DNA from: Candidatus Omnitrophota bacterium
GTDB lineage: Bacteria > Omnitrophota > Gorgyraeia > Pluralincolimonadales > Pluralincolimonadaceae
DNA: 64,000 nt
Assembly (NCBI GenBank): GCA_003141835.1
Contig: PLNR01000007.1
Span: forward strand, 3,639-67,638
Reading direction: 5' to 3'
The position numbers and the translations under genes are program-made. This document shows, one piece after another, positions 39,629-49,292 of the stretch (its first letter is position 1; every line of letters starts with the position of its first letter). The notes under the pieces were generated by a model. It did not search any database, was not told where the DNA came from, and saw nothing but the letters and a program-made list of their open reading frames with translations.

Positions 39629-39683
39629 CAAATGAATTGCCACCGCCGCTGAGTTCAACGTCGGGCAGTCAAAGAGAGGAACG

Positions 39684-41288
39684 ATGGCTGAAACAGATAC
39701 CAAGATCCAGGGGTTGGCAATTGCCAGTTTGTCGTTGGCGATATTGGCATATATGTCGGCATGGCTCATAATCGGCCTGCTTTTCGCGATCCCGTCGGTC
39801 ATTTGCGGACACCTGGCCTTGGCTCGCGCCAAGGGAGTACAGGGCGCAGCAGCCGGAAAACCCTTGGCGATCATCGGCCTGGTCGTCGGATATATCTCTA
39901 TAGTCTTGAGTATCCTCGTTGCTGCCGCGCTGGCCCTGGCCCTGTTCCTTACCTATCAACATTCACAAGAGGCAGTAGAGTTAGCCAGAAGAGAGGCAAA
40001 AATCACAGCAATTAATGTTTCTTATCTCACACACGACCAGAAGATGTGGATCTGGGCGACCTGCGCTCTGCTTACAGAGTCGAACGGGAAACGCCATGAC
40101 GTATTTGGCGGCGCCGTGCCGACGCCGGAAGAGATTGCGCAAGAAAAGCAATTATTGCGGGAGTGGTGGGACGTGTACGACAGAGAAAGCATGCTGAGTA
40201 CCCTTGATTGGTTGTGGCAAGGGGGCCACAGGGACGATTTTGAGAAACTGAGTTTACGCGTACAGTCGCTTGATCCCGGGAAATTGCAGGCCATGAAAGA
40301 CATGGCAAAAGACAACCCGGAGCTGCTTCACAGGATAACCGTGGTAGAAAAATACTACAAGGACGTTGGGCCAAAGGGTATCTGCGGATGGGACTATTCC
40401 CGGTATGTAGCCCTCTGTGGCTGGGGATATCTCGCCGGCTACTTGAGCGAAAAGGAAGCGTGGCAGCACGCATTACCGGCAGCGCTGATCCTGCAGGCAA
40501 GGTTTGATTCCTGGGATGACCTGGGAAAGAATTACCTGATCGGCCGTGAGTTCTGGTCCCTGGAAGATACCCGGAAGACCGGAGCCCGCTTCCGCCGGTC
40601 ATATATCAGGCTAACCATAGATCCAACCAGCCCCTGGAGAGAGTATCCTTGGAATCTTGATCTTGAAAACCGGAAAATAACAAAGTCCAATCAAATCAAA
40701 AGCACGGCAAACAACCCTAGAAAGCCAGAAGGTCTGGATGATCTCAGCCATAACTATTATGACAAGGACAACTTCGACCGATCCATTTCTGACTGCACTA
40801 AGGCTATAGAAATTAACCCTAAAGATGCAGTCGCCTATATTAACCGTGGTATCGCATACAAAAAGGAAGGCGACTACGATAAGGCGATCTCGGATTACAA
40901 TAGGGCGTTGGAGATCGATCCAATGTATGCCGCCGCTTACTCCAACCTGGGAAGCATCTATTGCGACAAAAAGAAAGAATACGACCGCGCCGTATCATAT
41001 TTTAGTAAGGCGATAGAAATTAATCCTGGTTTCGCCGCCGCGTATTACAACAGGGGAAATGCCTATAAGAATAAAAATAACAATGACCTGGCGATTTCTA
41101 ATTATAATCTGGCAATACAAATAAACCCGAAATACGCCAATGCCTATTACAACCGGGCGCATAGTTATTATAATAAACATGAATACGAAAAAGCGAGGGA
41201 AGATGTTAATAAGGCGGAATCGTTAGGGCAAGTGGCGGATCTCGAATTCCTCGAAGACCTTAAAAAAGCCTCAGGTAGAGATGATTAA
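39684..41288 (+). CDS. membrane-anchored protein with DUF4190-like, DUF1266-like and TPR domains
   Basis: [24 protein letters not shown]; L.EWW.V.DRES, WDYSR, GYLAGYLSE.EAW, SWDD...NYLIGR.FW; several TPRs. Confidence 0.8.
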   Translation: MAETDTKIQGLAIASLSLAILAYMSAWLIIGLLFAIPSVICGHLALARAKGVQGAAAGKPLAIIGLVVGYISIVLSILVAAALALALFLTYQHSQEAVELARREAKITAINVSYLTHDQKMWIWATCALLTESNGKRHDVFGGAVPTPEEIAQEKQLLREWWDVYDRESMLSTLDWLWQGGHRDDFEKLSLRVQSLDPGKLQAMKDMAKDNPELLHRITVVEKYYKDVGPKGICGWDYSRYVALCGWGYLAGYLSEKEAWQHALPAALILQARFDSWDDLGKNYLIGREFWSLEDTRKTGARFRRSYIRLTIDPTSPWREYPWNLDLENRKITKSNQIKSTANNPRKPEGLDDLSHNYYDKDNFDRSISDCTKAIEINPKDAVAYINRGIAYKKEGDYDKAISDYNRALEIDPMYAAAYSNLGSIYCDKKKEYDRAVSYFSKAIEINPGFAAAYYNRGNAYKNKNNNDLAISNYNLAIQINPKYANAYYNRAHSYYNKHEYEKAREDVNKAESLGQVADLEFLEDLKKASGRDD

Positions 41289-42276
41289 ACGGATAGCGGC
41301 TGTTTTTTTATTTGTCGCGATAGCAGAGGGTGTATCTTTTGCCGACGTCATACACCTTAAATCCGGCGCTTCAGTCGAATGTATGATCAAGGTAGAAACG
41401 GACGACGCGGTAGTCGTCACGGTAAGCATCGGGGAAATGACGTATCCAAGGGACCTCATTGAATCGGTCTCGAAAGCCGGCGACGAAGAGAATACTAAGT
41501 TAAAAAAGAAATGGGAAGACCAGAAAAAACAGCGCGAGGCCGAGCAGGAACAGCAGAGGAAGCTCGCCGCAGAGCAGGAGAAATCAGCCCCGCCGAAAGC
41601 CCCGGAAAAGAAAGAGACCGCAAAAGAAAAGCCCCAGGAACAAAATCCGCCGGCAGAAAAACCAAAAGAGGAAAAACCCCTTAAATCTGTCGATACTATA
41701 AATTTCTACGATAAGTTTACATACAGATATGCCGTCCGCCTTCCGCCTAACTATAATATGAAGACCAAATATCCCGTCCTCTTCTGTTTTGACCCGGGGG
41801 CGAACGGAGACGATGCCGCCAAAAGATTCGCTTACGCCGCCGATAAACTAAACTGGATCATAGTCGGTTCGTTGGATGCGCACAACGGCCCTTGGCCTCC
41901 CATAAAAAGGGCGCAAGAGGCGATGCTAAAAGACATCCCGAAGCGATTCAGCGTGGATGAGAAACGGTTTTATGCGGCAGGCCTTTCAGGCGGGGCCAGA
42001 ATGTCGTTCTGTATAGCGCGTAACCATCCGGATCAATTCAAGGGCGTGATTGCCTGTGGCGCAGGACTTGATGATGCAAAAGAGGGCGTAATTAGAAATG
42101 TTGCCGTGTATCTTTGTGTCGGTAAGAATGATTCTAATCTGGGGGAGATGCAGGAGCTTTATAAAAAATTAGACATAGCCCATGTAAAAGCTTATAAGAA
42201 TGAATTTGAGGGAGGGCACGAATGGCCTTCTTCGGAGATCATTTCGCAGGCCCTGGACTGGATGACAAAACAGTGA
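41281..42276 (+). CDS. secreted alpha/beta-hydrolase (esterase-like) with charged linker
   Basis: Signal peptide, ADVIHLKSG N-domain, LP..Y...KYP, AGLSGGA nucleophile elbow, GGHEW. Confidence 0.75.
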   Translation: MIKRIAAVFLFVAIAEGVSFADVIHLKSGASVECMIKVETDDAVVVTVSIGEMTYPRDLIESVSKAGDEENTKLKKKWEDQKKQREAEQEQQRKLAAEQEKSAPPKAPEKKETAKEKPQEQNPPAEKPKEEKPLKSVDTINFYDKFTYRYAVRLPPNYNMKTKYPVLFCFDPGANGDDAAKRFAYAADKLNWIIVGSLDAHNGPWPPIKRAQEAMLKDIPKRFSVDEKRFYAAGLSGGARMSFCIARNHPDQFKGVIACGAGLDDAKEGVIRNVAVYLCVGKNDSNLGEMQELYKKLDIAHVKAYKNEFEGGHEWPSSEIISQALDWMTKQ

Positions 42277-42300
42277 TTTAACACTTGCTACGTTTAGCTG

Positions 42301-42338
42301 AAAAGTCTATTTAAAGAATATTTGGTGGTATAATTAAA
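42301..42338 (+). promoter_or_regulatory. duplicated promoter element, copy 2
   Basis: AAAAGTCTATTTAAAGAATATTTGGTGGTATAATTAAA. Confidence 0.7.
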
Positions 42339-42350
42339 GAAAAAGAGAAT

Positions 42351-43496
42351 ATGACTAAAAAGAGATCAGGGGGAGTATGCACCTTATTTATCTTTCTCCT
42401 TGTTATATTCAACCCCACCTCCGGTTTTTCGGAAGAACAATATAATCCTCCGGCACCCGAACTGCAAATTCATCCTTTTTGTAAGCTTGGAACAGGCAGG
42501 GCAGATGCTTCATCACCCGCCATCAATCCGCCCGACGGTTTGGCGTTTACCGAGGACGGATTGTTGCTGGCCACGGATGCGATGAATCACAGAGTACAGA
42601 TTTTCGATCCCTATTCCGGCGAACATCTGGGGTCGATCGGCAATCCCGGTCTTTTTAAGGGTGAAATCGTATGTATTATTGTCTTACCTGACCAGGGATT
42701 GCTGATAAGCGATGAAAAGGCTAATCAGGTTTACCGGTTCAAACGGACCGCGGTTTCACCGGCGGCATTTCAATCAATGTCCCAGCCTCTCTTAAGCGGC
42801 GAAGGGTACAAAAAACTCTGCGGGATGGCGCGTGATTCAAAGGGGCGGATATATGTCGTCGACGGGATTACAGGGCACGTATGCCGGTATCTTCCGGACT
42901 TTAAACCGGACTCCAGTTGGAAATTTCAATCAAGACGTCCGGACAATGGGCTTATCCTCAATAAGGCCGAAGGGATCGCGATCGACGAGTCAAGAGGAAT
43001 GCTGTTTTTATCCAGCGAGTGGGACGGCATGATCCATGCATTTAATCTTGAAACAGGAGAATGGACAGGCAAATCAATCGGCCGGGGGACGGATGCTTTG
43101 ACCGGTAAACCGCTTGGTCAATCAGTGTTTTTCAGGTCTGTAGAAGGGCTTGCCATAATAGATAACTATCTTTTGGCAGTTGATGAGGGCGAAATCTCCA
43201 AATTAAAAAATTGTCACGGGCATCTGTTGGTTTTCGATCTGCGCAGTCCCGTGCTGTATGAAACGGATGCGGAGAAATGCCGGAAGAGAATGGCTGATGG
43301 ATTCTCAGATGGATTAGTAGGATGGTTTGGATCCTACGCGTCGCCTGATTCAGTCGCAATTTTCCCCGGCAGCACGGAACATCCGGAACCGCTGATAGCA
43401 GTTGCGGACCAAGGCTCGTACCTGGTCCAGGTTTATAGGTGGAAAGAAATCCAGGATGCGCTTCAGAAACTTAGAAAAGAAGAATTCCGTGATTAA
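42351..43496 (+). CDS. secreted NHL-repeat beta-propeller protein
   Basis: Signal peptide; PDGLAF..DG.LLATD..NHRVQIFD, G.A.D.KGRIYVVD, VADQGSY.VQV. Confidence 0.75.
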   Translation: MTKKRSGGVCTLFIFLLVIFNPTSGFSEEQYNPPAPELQIHPFCKLGTGRADASSPAINPPDGLAFTEDGLLLATDAMNHRVQIFDPYSGEHLGSIGNPGLFKGEIVCIIVLPDQGLLISDEKANQVYRFKRTAVSPAAFQSMSQPLLSGEGYKKLCGMARDSKGRIYVVDGITGHVCRYLPDFKPDSSWKFQSRRPDNGLILNKAEGIAIDESRGMLFLSSEWDGMIHAFNLETGEWTGKSIGRGTDALTGKPLGQSVFFRSVEGLAIIDNYLLAVDEGEISKLKNCHGHLLVFDLRSPVLYETDAEKCRKRMADGFSDGLVGWFGSYASPDSVAIFPGSTEHPEPLIAVADQGSYLVQVYRWKEIQDALQKLRKEEFRD

Positions 43497-44874
43497 ACGA
43501 TTACTGGCTAAATGGTACGGGGATTTTACGCGCGAAGAATTTATCAGAGTCTTGCTGCTAGGGACAGCGTTTGCTTTACTAATCGGTACTTACTGGACAT
43601 TGAGGCCGTTAAAGGACGCGTTATTCAAGGCATTTATAATTGGAGACGGTCTTCATAAAGATGCTTCGCCTCTGGCATGGGCCAAAATACTCTCTGTTTG
43701 CGCGTTGATCCCTTTGGTAATGTTTTATAGCCGTCTTGTGGACCGATTCAAAAGGCAGTCGCTCTTTTATGTGATAGGCGGATTTATGGCATGCGTGTTG
43801 GTTATTTTCAGCTTTTTATTTGTCCATCCGACGCTTGGATTGGCTAACAAGGTAGCTAGTCCGGAACGGTGGATTGGCTGGTTGTGGTATGTCTTTGTCG
43901 AGGCTTATGGTTCGTTGATGGTTGCGCTGTTTTGGGCGTATACTTCGGATTCGATTGACGCCGAATGTGCAAAAAAATCATTCCCGATGATCGTCATGTT
44001 TGGACAAGTGGGAGGGATTTTAGGCCCGCAGTCGACGCATTTACCGGCATTGCTGGGTTTTCGCAGCTGTGCGCCTTTGGTGGCGGCATGCGCTGTCAGC
44101 ACGGTGGTTATAGTGATGATAATTCGCCAGTTTGCCATAAGAGTGGCACGGCAGGCTGTTGCAATACCCGTCAAAGAGGTATGTTTGCCTCGTCCCAAGG
44201 AAGAAGGAGCCGGTTTTATTGAAGGGCTTCGGCTGTTAGTCAAAGACCGCTATTTGCTCGGCATATTCCTAGTCGTGGCTTTTTACGAAGTGGTCGTTAC
44301 AATTTTTGATTTCAATTTCAAGCGGCTCGTGTTTCAAAATGCCGTCGGGCACCAGGCTACGGCATCGTTGCTTGGTAATTACGGCACGGCGGTAAATACG
44401 GTTTCATTCCTATGCCTTGCATTGGGTATCGGTAATGTGCAGCGCCGGCTGGGAATGAAGACAGCCTTGTGCGCAATGCCATTCATAATCGGGATAATGG
44501 TAATAGGTTTCAAATTGGCTCCTTCGCTCGCCCCGCTTTTTTGGATTATGGTGGCCGCCAAGGCGCTCAATTACGCCCTTAACTCGCCCTCCTTAAAACA
44601 ACTCTATATCCCCACTTCGACGGCCGCTAAGTACAAAGCCCAGGCGTGGATCGAAATGTTCGGCGCTCGCAGCGCCAAGGCGGGCGGCTCAGGCATCAAC
44701 ACTTTGCTGAAAGTTTTCCAGACACGGGCCGGCGATGTTGCCGTTGGTTTTGCTTTATATGTTACTTTCGCAAGTTTATTTTCCGGGGTGATCCTTGTAT
44801 GCTGGTTCTTCGTCGCGCTTTTCCTTTCAAGGGAATATGATCGCCGGGTAAATTGCATTAAAGACAGCCGGTAA
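43489..44874 (+). CDS. NTT/TLC (Npt1/Npt2-like) nucleotide translocase, MFS fold
   Basis: YW.LRPLKDALF, LFWA, K.LNYALN.P..KQLYIPTS...KYKAQAWI..FGAR.AKAGGS; about 12 TM; GTG start at 43489 overlapping the upstream gene. Confidence 0.82.
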   Translation: MIKRLLAKWYGDFTREEFIRVLLLGTAFALLIGTYWTLRPLKDALFKAFIIGDGLHKDASPLAWAKILSVCALIPLVMFYSRLVDRFKRQSLFYVIGGFMACVLVIFSFLFVHPTLGLANKVASPERWIGWLWYVFVEAYGSLMVALFWAYTSDSIDAECAKKSFPMIVMFGQVGGILGPQSTHLPALLGFRSCAPLVAACAVSTVVIVMIIRQFAIRVARQAVAIPVKEVCLPRPKEEGAGFIEGLRLLVKDRYLLGIFLVVAFYEVVVTIFDFNFKRLVFQNAVGHQATASLLGNYGTAVNTVSFLCLALGIGNVQRRLGMKTALCAMPFIIGIMVIGFKLAPSLAPLFWIMVAAKALNYALNSPSLKQLYIPTSTAAKYKAQAWIEMFGARSAKAGGSGINTLLKVFQTRAGDVAVGFALYVTFASLFSGVILVCWFFVALFLSREYDRRVNCIKDSR

Positions 44875-44891
44875 ATGATGCGTCCCATTCA

Positions 44892-44956
44892 AAAACTGTA
44901 CGTTTCCTGTATAGCGCAACCTTTTTGGCTAAGAGAGGTTGCGTTTGTTTTTATAT
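44892..44956. repeat. fused islet right-end motif and left-end hairpin
   Basis: AAAACTGTACGTTTCCTGTATAGCG (matches 37625-49) overlapping CGCAAC...GTTGCGTTTGTTTTTATAT (matches 36028-36070). Confidence 0.8.
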
Positions 44957-45040
44957 TGCTTTTACGCTGTTTTAATGGTAAAAAGTACCAAACAACGTAC
45001 ACCCAGTTCAGCGTATATTAAAATGAAAACGGAGGGCGCA

Positions 45041-48000
45041 GTGAAAAAGATTAACGCATTAATATTTACCGGATTTTTTATATTTATTGCGGCCACTTTA
45101 AACTCGACGACAGTTTTTGCGGCTCCTAAAATTTGGACTGGCAACAATTCATCTGCGTGGTCGGATCCTTTAAACTGGGGTGGCTCAGCCCCCGGCTCCG
45201 GCGATTCATTAACTTTCACGGGAACAAATACGACAAACTCGAATGATTTTACCGGTTATTCTTTTAGCGGCATTACTTTGAGTAGCGCTACCAATTCCTT
45301 TAATCTTGGCGGCAATCCCATAACTCTTACCGGAGATATCGTTGATACCGCCCCTTCGGCTCAAGGTGTTAATTTAAATATTACGCTGGGTAGCCCCGTT
45401 ACCTTCCGAACCACTGTCGGGACATTATTTATAAATACCGGATATACCGTAGATAATAACGGGAAACTGCTTACGGTCGATGCCGGCTATTGGGTTATTT
45501 TTGACTCTAACCTGATCGGAAGCGGCGGATTGACCAAGACCGGTAGTAGTACACTTGCATTAAGGGGGACTAACACCTACAGTGGCGCAACAAGGGTTAG
45601 TGCAGGGCTCTTGGAACTGGACAACGGCTTTGCCATTGGAGATAATTCGGCTGTCACACTGGATAATACAGCAGGGGTCTCGCTAAAACTTAACAATGCC
45701 AACGAGGCCATCGGCTCTCTTGCAGGGGGCGGCACCACCGGAGGCAATGTTGACCTGCAGACATTTACCCTATCAACCGGCGGCGATAACACTTCCACGG
45801 CATATGCCGGAGTAATGAGCGGGACCGGCGGCCTGACCAAAACCGGCAATGGCACCCTTACCCTCACCGGCATCAACACCTACACAGGACTCACAACGGT
45901 AACTGCCGGAGAGTTGGATTTGAACACAGTCGGTACCTCGATTGCCGGTAACCTCACGGTAAGCGGGGGAACCGCGAAGCTCCTCGCGGCAAGCCAAATC
46001 GCGGCTACCAAGAACCTGGTCGTTTCTGGCGGCACGTTCAATATTCAAGGTTTCAATCAAACGCTGGCAGGCGTGCAGATGACAAGCGGCAGCATCAGCG
46101 GATCGGGTGGTATCCTCACAAACAACACGACCGCCTACGATATGCAGTCAGGTGCAGTTTCCGCCATTCTTGCCGGCACGGCTGCTCTGAATAAGACTAC
46201 GGCCGGGACAGTGACCCTCTCAGGCGCCAACACCTACTCAGGCGCGACCACACTGACGGACGGCACACTGAGCGTCGGCGCGGCCGGGAACCTCGGCGCG
46301 GCGGCTTCTAACCTCGTGTTCGATGGCGGTACGCTGCAGATCACCGGTACGGCTTTAACCAGTATCTCGGGCATCGGACACACCGTCATTACCAATGCGG
46401 ACAAGACCGTCGGCCTGGATATCGACAATGCGGCCAACACATTCACATTTGATCGAGTCCTGAACCAGGCGACCGGAGGCCTGGTTAAATCGGGCGCGGG
46501 TACCTTAGTCCTCAATCAAGCCAACACCTACACAGGCGGGACGACTCTTAATGCGGGCAAACTGACCCTTGGCAACAATGAAGCTCTCGGTACGGGAAGA
46601 TTCACCATAAACGGCGGCACGCTCGACGTCACCGGCGTCACCTATCTGAATAATAATAACCCCCAGACCTGGGGCGGCGACTTTACCTTCGCCGGTTCCA
46701 ACATCCTGAATCTCGGCAATGGCGCGGTTACGATGGCAGCTGACCGGAAGATTACGGTCGACGGAAGCTGGATGGTTGTTGCCGGCAAGATCAGCGGCGC
46801 AGGAAAATTGACCAAGGACGGTGCAGGTATGCTTTATTTAACCGGCGCGAACGATTACTCAGGCGGAACGACTCTTAATGCGGGCGCACTGAGACTCGGC
46901 AACAATACTGCTCTCGGTACGGGGATATTCACCATAAACGGCGGCACGCTCGACTCCAACGGCATCACTCTGACTAATAACAATCTTCAAACCTGGGGCG
47001 GAGACTTTGGCTTTACCGGTACCAACGACCTAAATCTCGGCACTGGCGCGGTTACGCTTACCGCTACTCCTACGGTTACAGTGGATGCCAACACGCTGAC
47101 CGAAGGCGGTGCCATTGGCGGGGCGTTTGGCTTGACGAAAGACGGCGCAGGAACCCTTATTTTGACAGGCAACAACGGCTACACAGGCGTGACCGGGATT
47201 GCCAACGGAGTGCTTAACATCCAAAACGCCGGCGCGTTGGGAACCGTCGGTAATGGTACAAATGTCGGCATTGGCGGGGCACTCCAGATCCAGGGCGGTA
47301 TTACTACCCTGGCCGAACCCTTACACATCGCCGGCACAGGTATTTTACTGGATGGAGCATTGCGTAATATCCAAGACAATAACGAATACACCGGAGCTAT
47401 AACGCTCGACGTTAACTCGCGGATCAATTCCGATGCCGGCACATTGACGCTCAGCGGAGGCATAACAGGCGGGGGCAACGCTCTTACGGTAGGCGGCGCA
47501 GGTAACACGACCATCAACAGCGTCATTGGGGGCGCAGCTAGCGCACTAACCAAAGACGGCGCGGGCATCCTTATGCTTTCCGGAGCGAACACCTATACCG
47601 GACTTACTACGATAGGTGGCGGCACTCTTCAGGTCTCCAATGCTAACGCTGTCGGTACCGGAGCCCTTACCAACAACGCCACCTTGAGCGTGGGCACAAC
47701 GGCTCTGTCTGTTCCCGGCATATATACCCAGAACGCCGGTTCAGCTTTAACACTTACCGCCAATTCCACGTCCAACTTCGGTAATATTATCTCTCCCGCT
47801 AATGCCGTAGTGGATGCAGGAAGCACTGTTGCTGTCAACGTCGGCGGTTATATGCCCAATAACGCGACCCTTAAGGTGATCGCCGGCGGAGGAGGAGCCG
47901 GAGTAGCCGTCCCGACGACGATTACATCCAGCAATCCTAAATATACGTTTACGGGTTTGAGCTCAAACGGTAACCTCATTCTTACCGTAAACCGTTCAGC

Positions 48001-49141
48001 AAACGGCTTCGAACCTGATGGCCGTGATCCTAACGGCAAGAAGGTAGGCAAGGTCTTAGACGATGTCGTTGATCCCACTCCCGATATGAGAGGCATCCTG
48101 GATACCATGGACGCGATGAGCAATACCAACGTAGGCCAGGCGCTTTCAACCCTTAGCCCGGTCGTCGACAGCGGGGTTACTAATGTAAGTAACACCGCCA
48201 TAGTGCAGTTTGTCGGCGCTTCAGAGGACAGGCTGGTCAACCTCTATGCCCAGGCGCATAATGAGGAGACCGGCGTCTCTACCGGAAGCAAGGAAAAAAG
48301 CGGCTTCGAGGCATGGGGCAGGGGATTCGGCCAGGCCGCCCACCAGGATGCCAGGGGTAACAGTAACGGCTACTCCGCCACCATCTGGGGCACGGCCTTA
48401 GGCGGCGATATCCCCGCATTCCACGAGAAGGTTCGCTTCGGCGCAAGCGGCGGCTACGCCTCATCCAACGTAAACTCCAAAGACAACAGCGGAAAAACCT
48501 ACATCAACAGCTACCAGTCAACCCTCTACGGCGGCTACATTGACCCGGCGAAGCCCTACTACATAAACGGCGCCTTCGCCTTCGCATATAACACATACAA
48601 GTCAAAAAGGGATATCGTAATAGGCAATACTATCCAAAGAAGAGCCAACTCAAGCTATAGAGGCCAGCAGTACTCTGTTCTTTTAGACGGCGGCTACACA
48701 TTTAAGACCAAGAATGTAAATATAACACCCATAGCTTCACTCCAATACCTCCACCTGCACCTCCAGAGCTATACCGAAACCGGAGCAGATGCCCTCAACT
48801 TAACCGTCAAGAGCCAGGACTATGACATGCTCCAGTCAGCCCTTGGCGCAAAACTAGACCATCCCTTTGAGTTAAGCTACGGCACATTAACCCCGGAGGT
48901 CCACGCAAGGTGGCTCTACGACTTCATAAACGATAACCAGGATACGACATCTACCTTCGCAGGCGGCGGCGGCTCATTCGCCACCCAGGGCTTTACTCCC
49001 GCGCGTAACGCCTTAAACGTCGGCGGACGCCTTGCCTTGGCCACGAAAGGCAACTGGAGCGTCGATGCCAACTACGACTTCGAATACAAGCAGGACTACA
49101 CCTCACATACGGGTTGGGCTGATATTAGATATAAGTTCTAA
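45041..49141 (+). CDS. autotransporter with many autotransporter-associated beta-strand repeats
   Basis: GTG start after GGAGG, signal peptide, WS...NW, many LTK.G.GTL.L.G.NTY.G.T repeats, beta-barrel ending in YKF and homologous to 24172-27684. Confidence 0.9.
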   Translation: MKKINALIFTGFFIFIAATLNSTTVFAAPKIWTGNNSSAWSDPLNWGGSAPGSGDSLTFTGTNTTNSNDFTGYSFSGITLSSATNSFNLGGNPITLTGDIVDTAPSAQGVNLNITLGSPVTFRTTVGTLFINTGYTVDNNGKLLTVDAGYWVIFDSNLIGSGGLTKTGSSTLALRGTNTYSGATRVSAGLLELDNGFAIGDNSAVTLDNTAGVSLKLNNANEAIGSLAGGGTTGGNVDLQTFTLSTGGDNTSTAYAGVMSGTGGLTKTGNGTLTLTGINTYTGLTTVTAGELDLNTVGTSIAGNLTVSGGTAKLLAASQIAATKNLVVSGGTFNIQGFNQTLAGVQMTSGSISGSGGILTNNTTAYDMQSGAVSAILAGTAALNKTTAGTVTLSGANTYSGATTLTDGTLSVGAAGNLGAAASNLVFDGGTLQITGTALTSISGIGHTVITNADKTVGLDIDNAANTFTFDRVLNQATGGLVKSGAGTLVLNQANTYTGGTTLNAGKLTLGNNEALGTGRFTINGGTLDVTGVTYLNNNNPQTWGGDFTFAGSNILNLGNGAVTMAADRKITVDGSWMVVAGKISGAGKLTKDGAGMLYLTGANDYSGGTTLNAGALRLGNNTALGTGIFTINGGTLDSNGITLTNNNLQTWGGDFGFTGTNDLNLGTGAVTLTATPTVTVDANTLTEGGAIGGAFGLTKDGAGTLILTGNNGYTGVTGIANGVLNIQNAGALGTVGNGTNVGIGGALQIQGGITTLAEPLHIAGTGILLDGALRNIQDNNEYTGAITLDVNSRINSDAGTLTLSGGITGGGNALTVGGAGNTTINSVIGGAASALTKDGAGILMLSGANTYTGLTTIGGGTLQVSNANAVGTGALTNNATLSVGTTALSVPGIYTQNAGSALTLTANSTSNFGNIISPANAVVDAGSTVAVNVGGYMPNNATLKVIAGGGGAGVAVPTTITSSNPKYTFTGLSSNGNLILTVNRSANGFEPDGRDPNGKKVGKVLDDVVDPTPDMRGILDTMDAMSNTNVGQALSTLSPVVDSGVTNVSNTAIVQFVGASEDRLVNLYAQAHNEETGVSTGSKEKSGFEAWGRGFGQAAHQDARGNSNGYSATIWGTALGGDIPAFHEKVRFGASGGYASSNVNSKDNSGKTYINSYQSTLYGGYIDPAKPYYINGAFAFAYNTYKSKRDIVIGNTIQRRANSSYRGQQYSVLLDGGYTFKTKNVNITPIASLQYLHLHLQSYTETGADALNLTVKSQDYDMLQSALGAKLDHPFELSYGTLTPEVHARWLYDFINDNQDTTSTFAGGGGSFATQGFTPARNALNVGGRLALATKGNWSVDANYDFEYKQDYTSHTGWADIRYKF
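46530..47056 (+). repeat. internal duplication of about 327 bp in the autotransporter 2 passenger
   Basis: CAGGCGG.ACGACTCTTAATGCGGGC...CTCTCGGTACGGG..ATTCACCATAAACGGCGGCACGCTCGAC at 46533 and 46860. Confidence 0.8.
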
Positions 49142-49292
49142 CCCTAAAAATTTACCTATAAAAAGCAATTTAATTTCCTTGATAAAGCCTGCCTACATGG
49201 TAGAATCACTTCTATAGGTTAAGATATAACTCGGAGTGACATATGTTATTCTTTTTTTCCTCAGGAGTGCCCTTGTGGGCAAAATCACCGAA

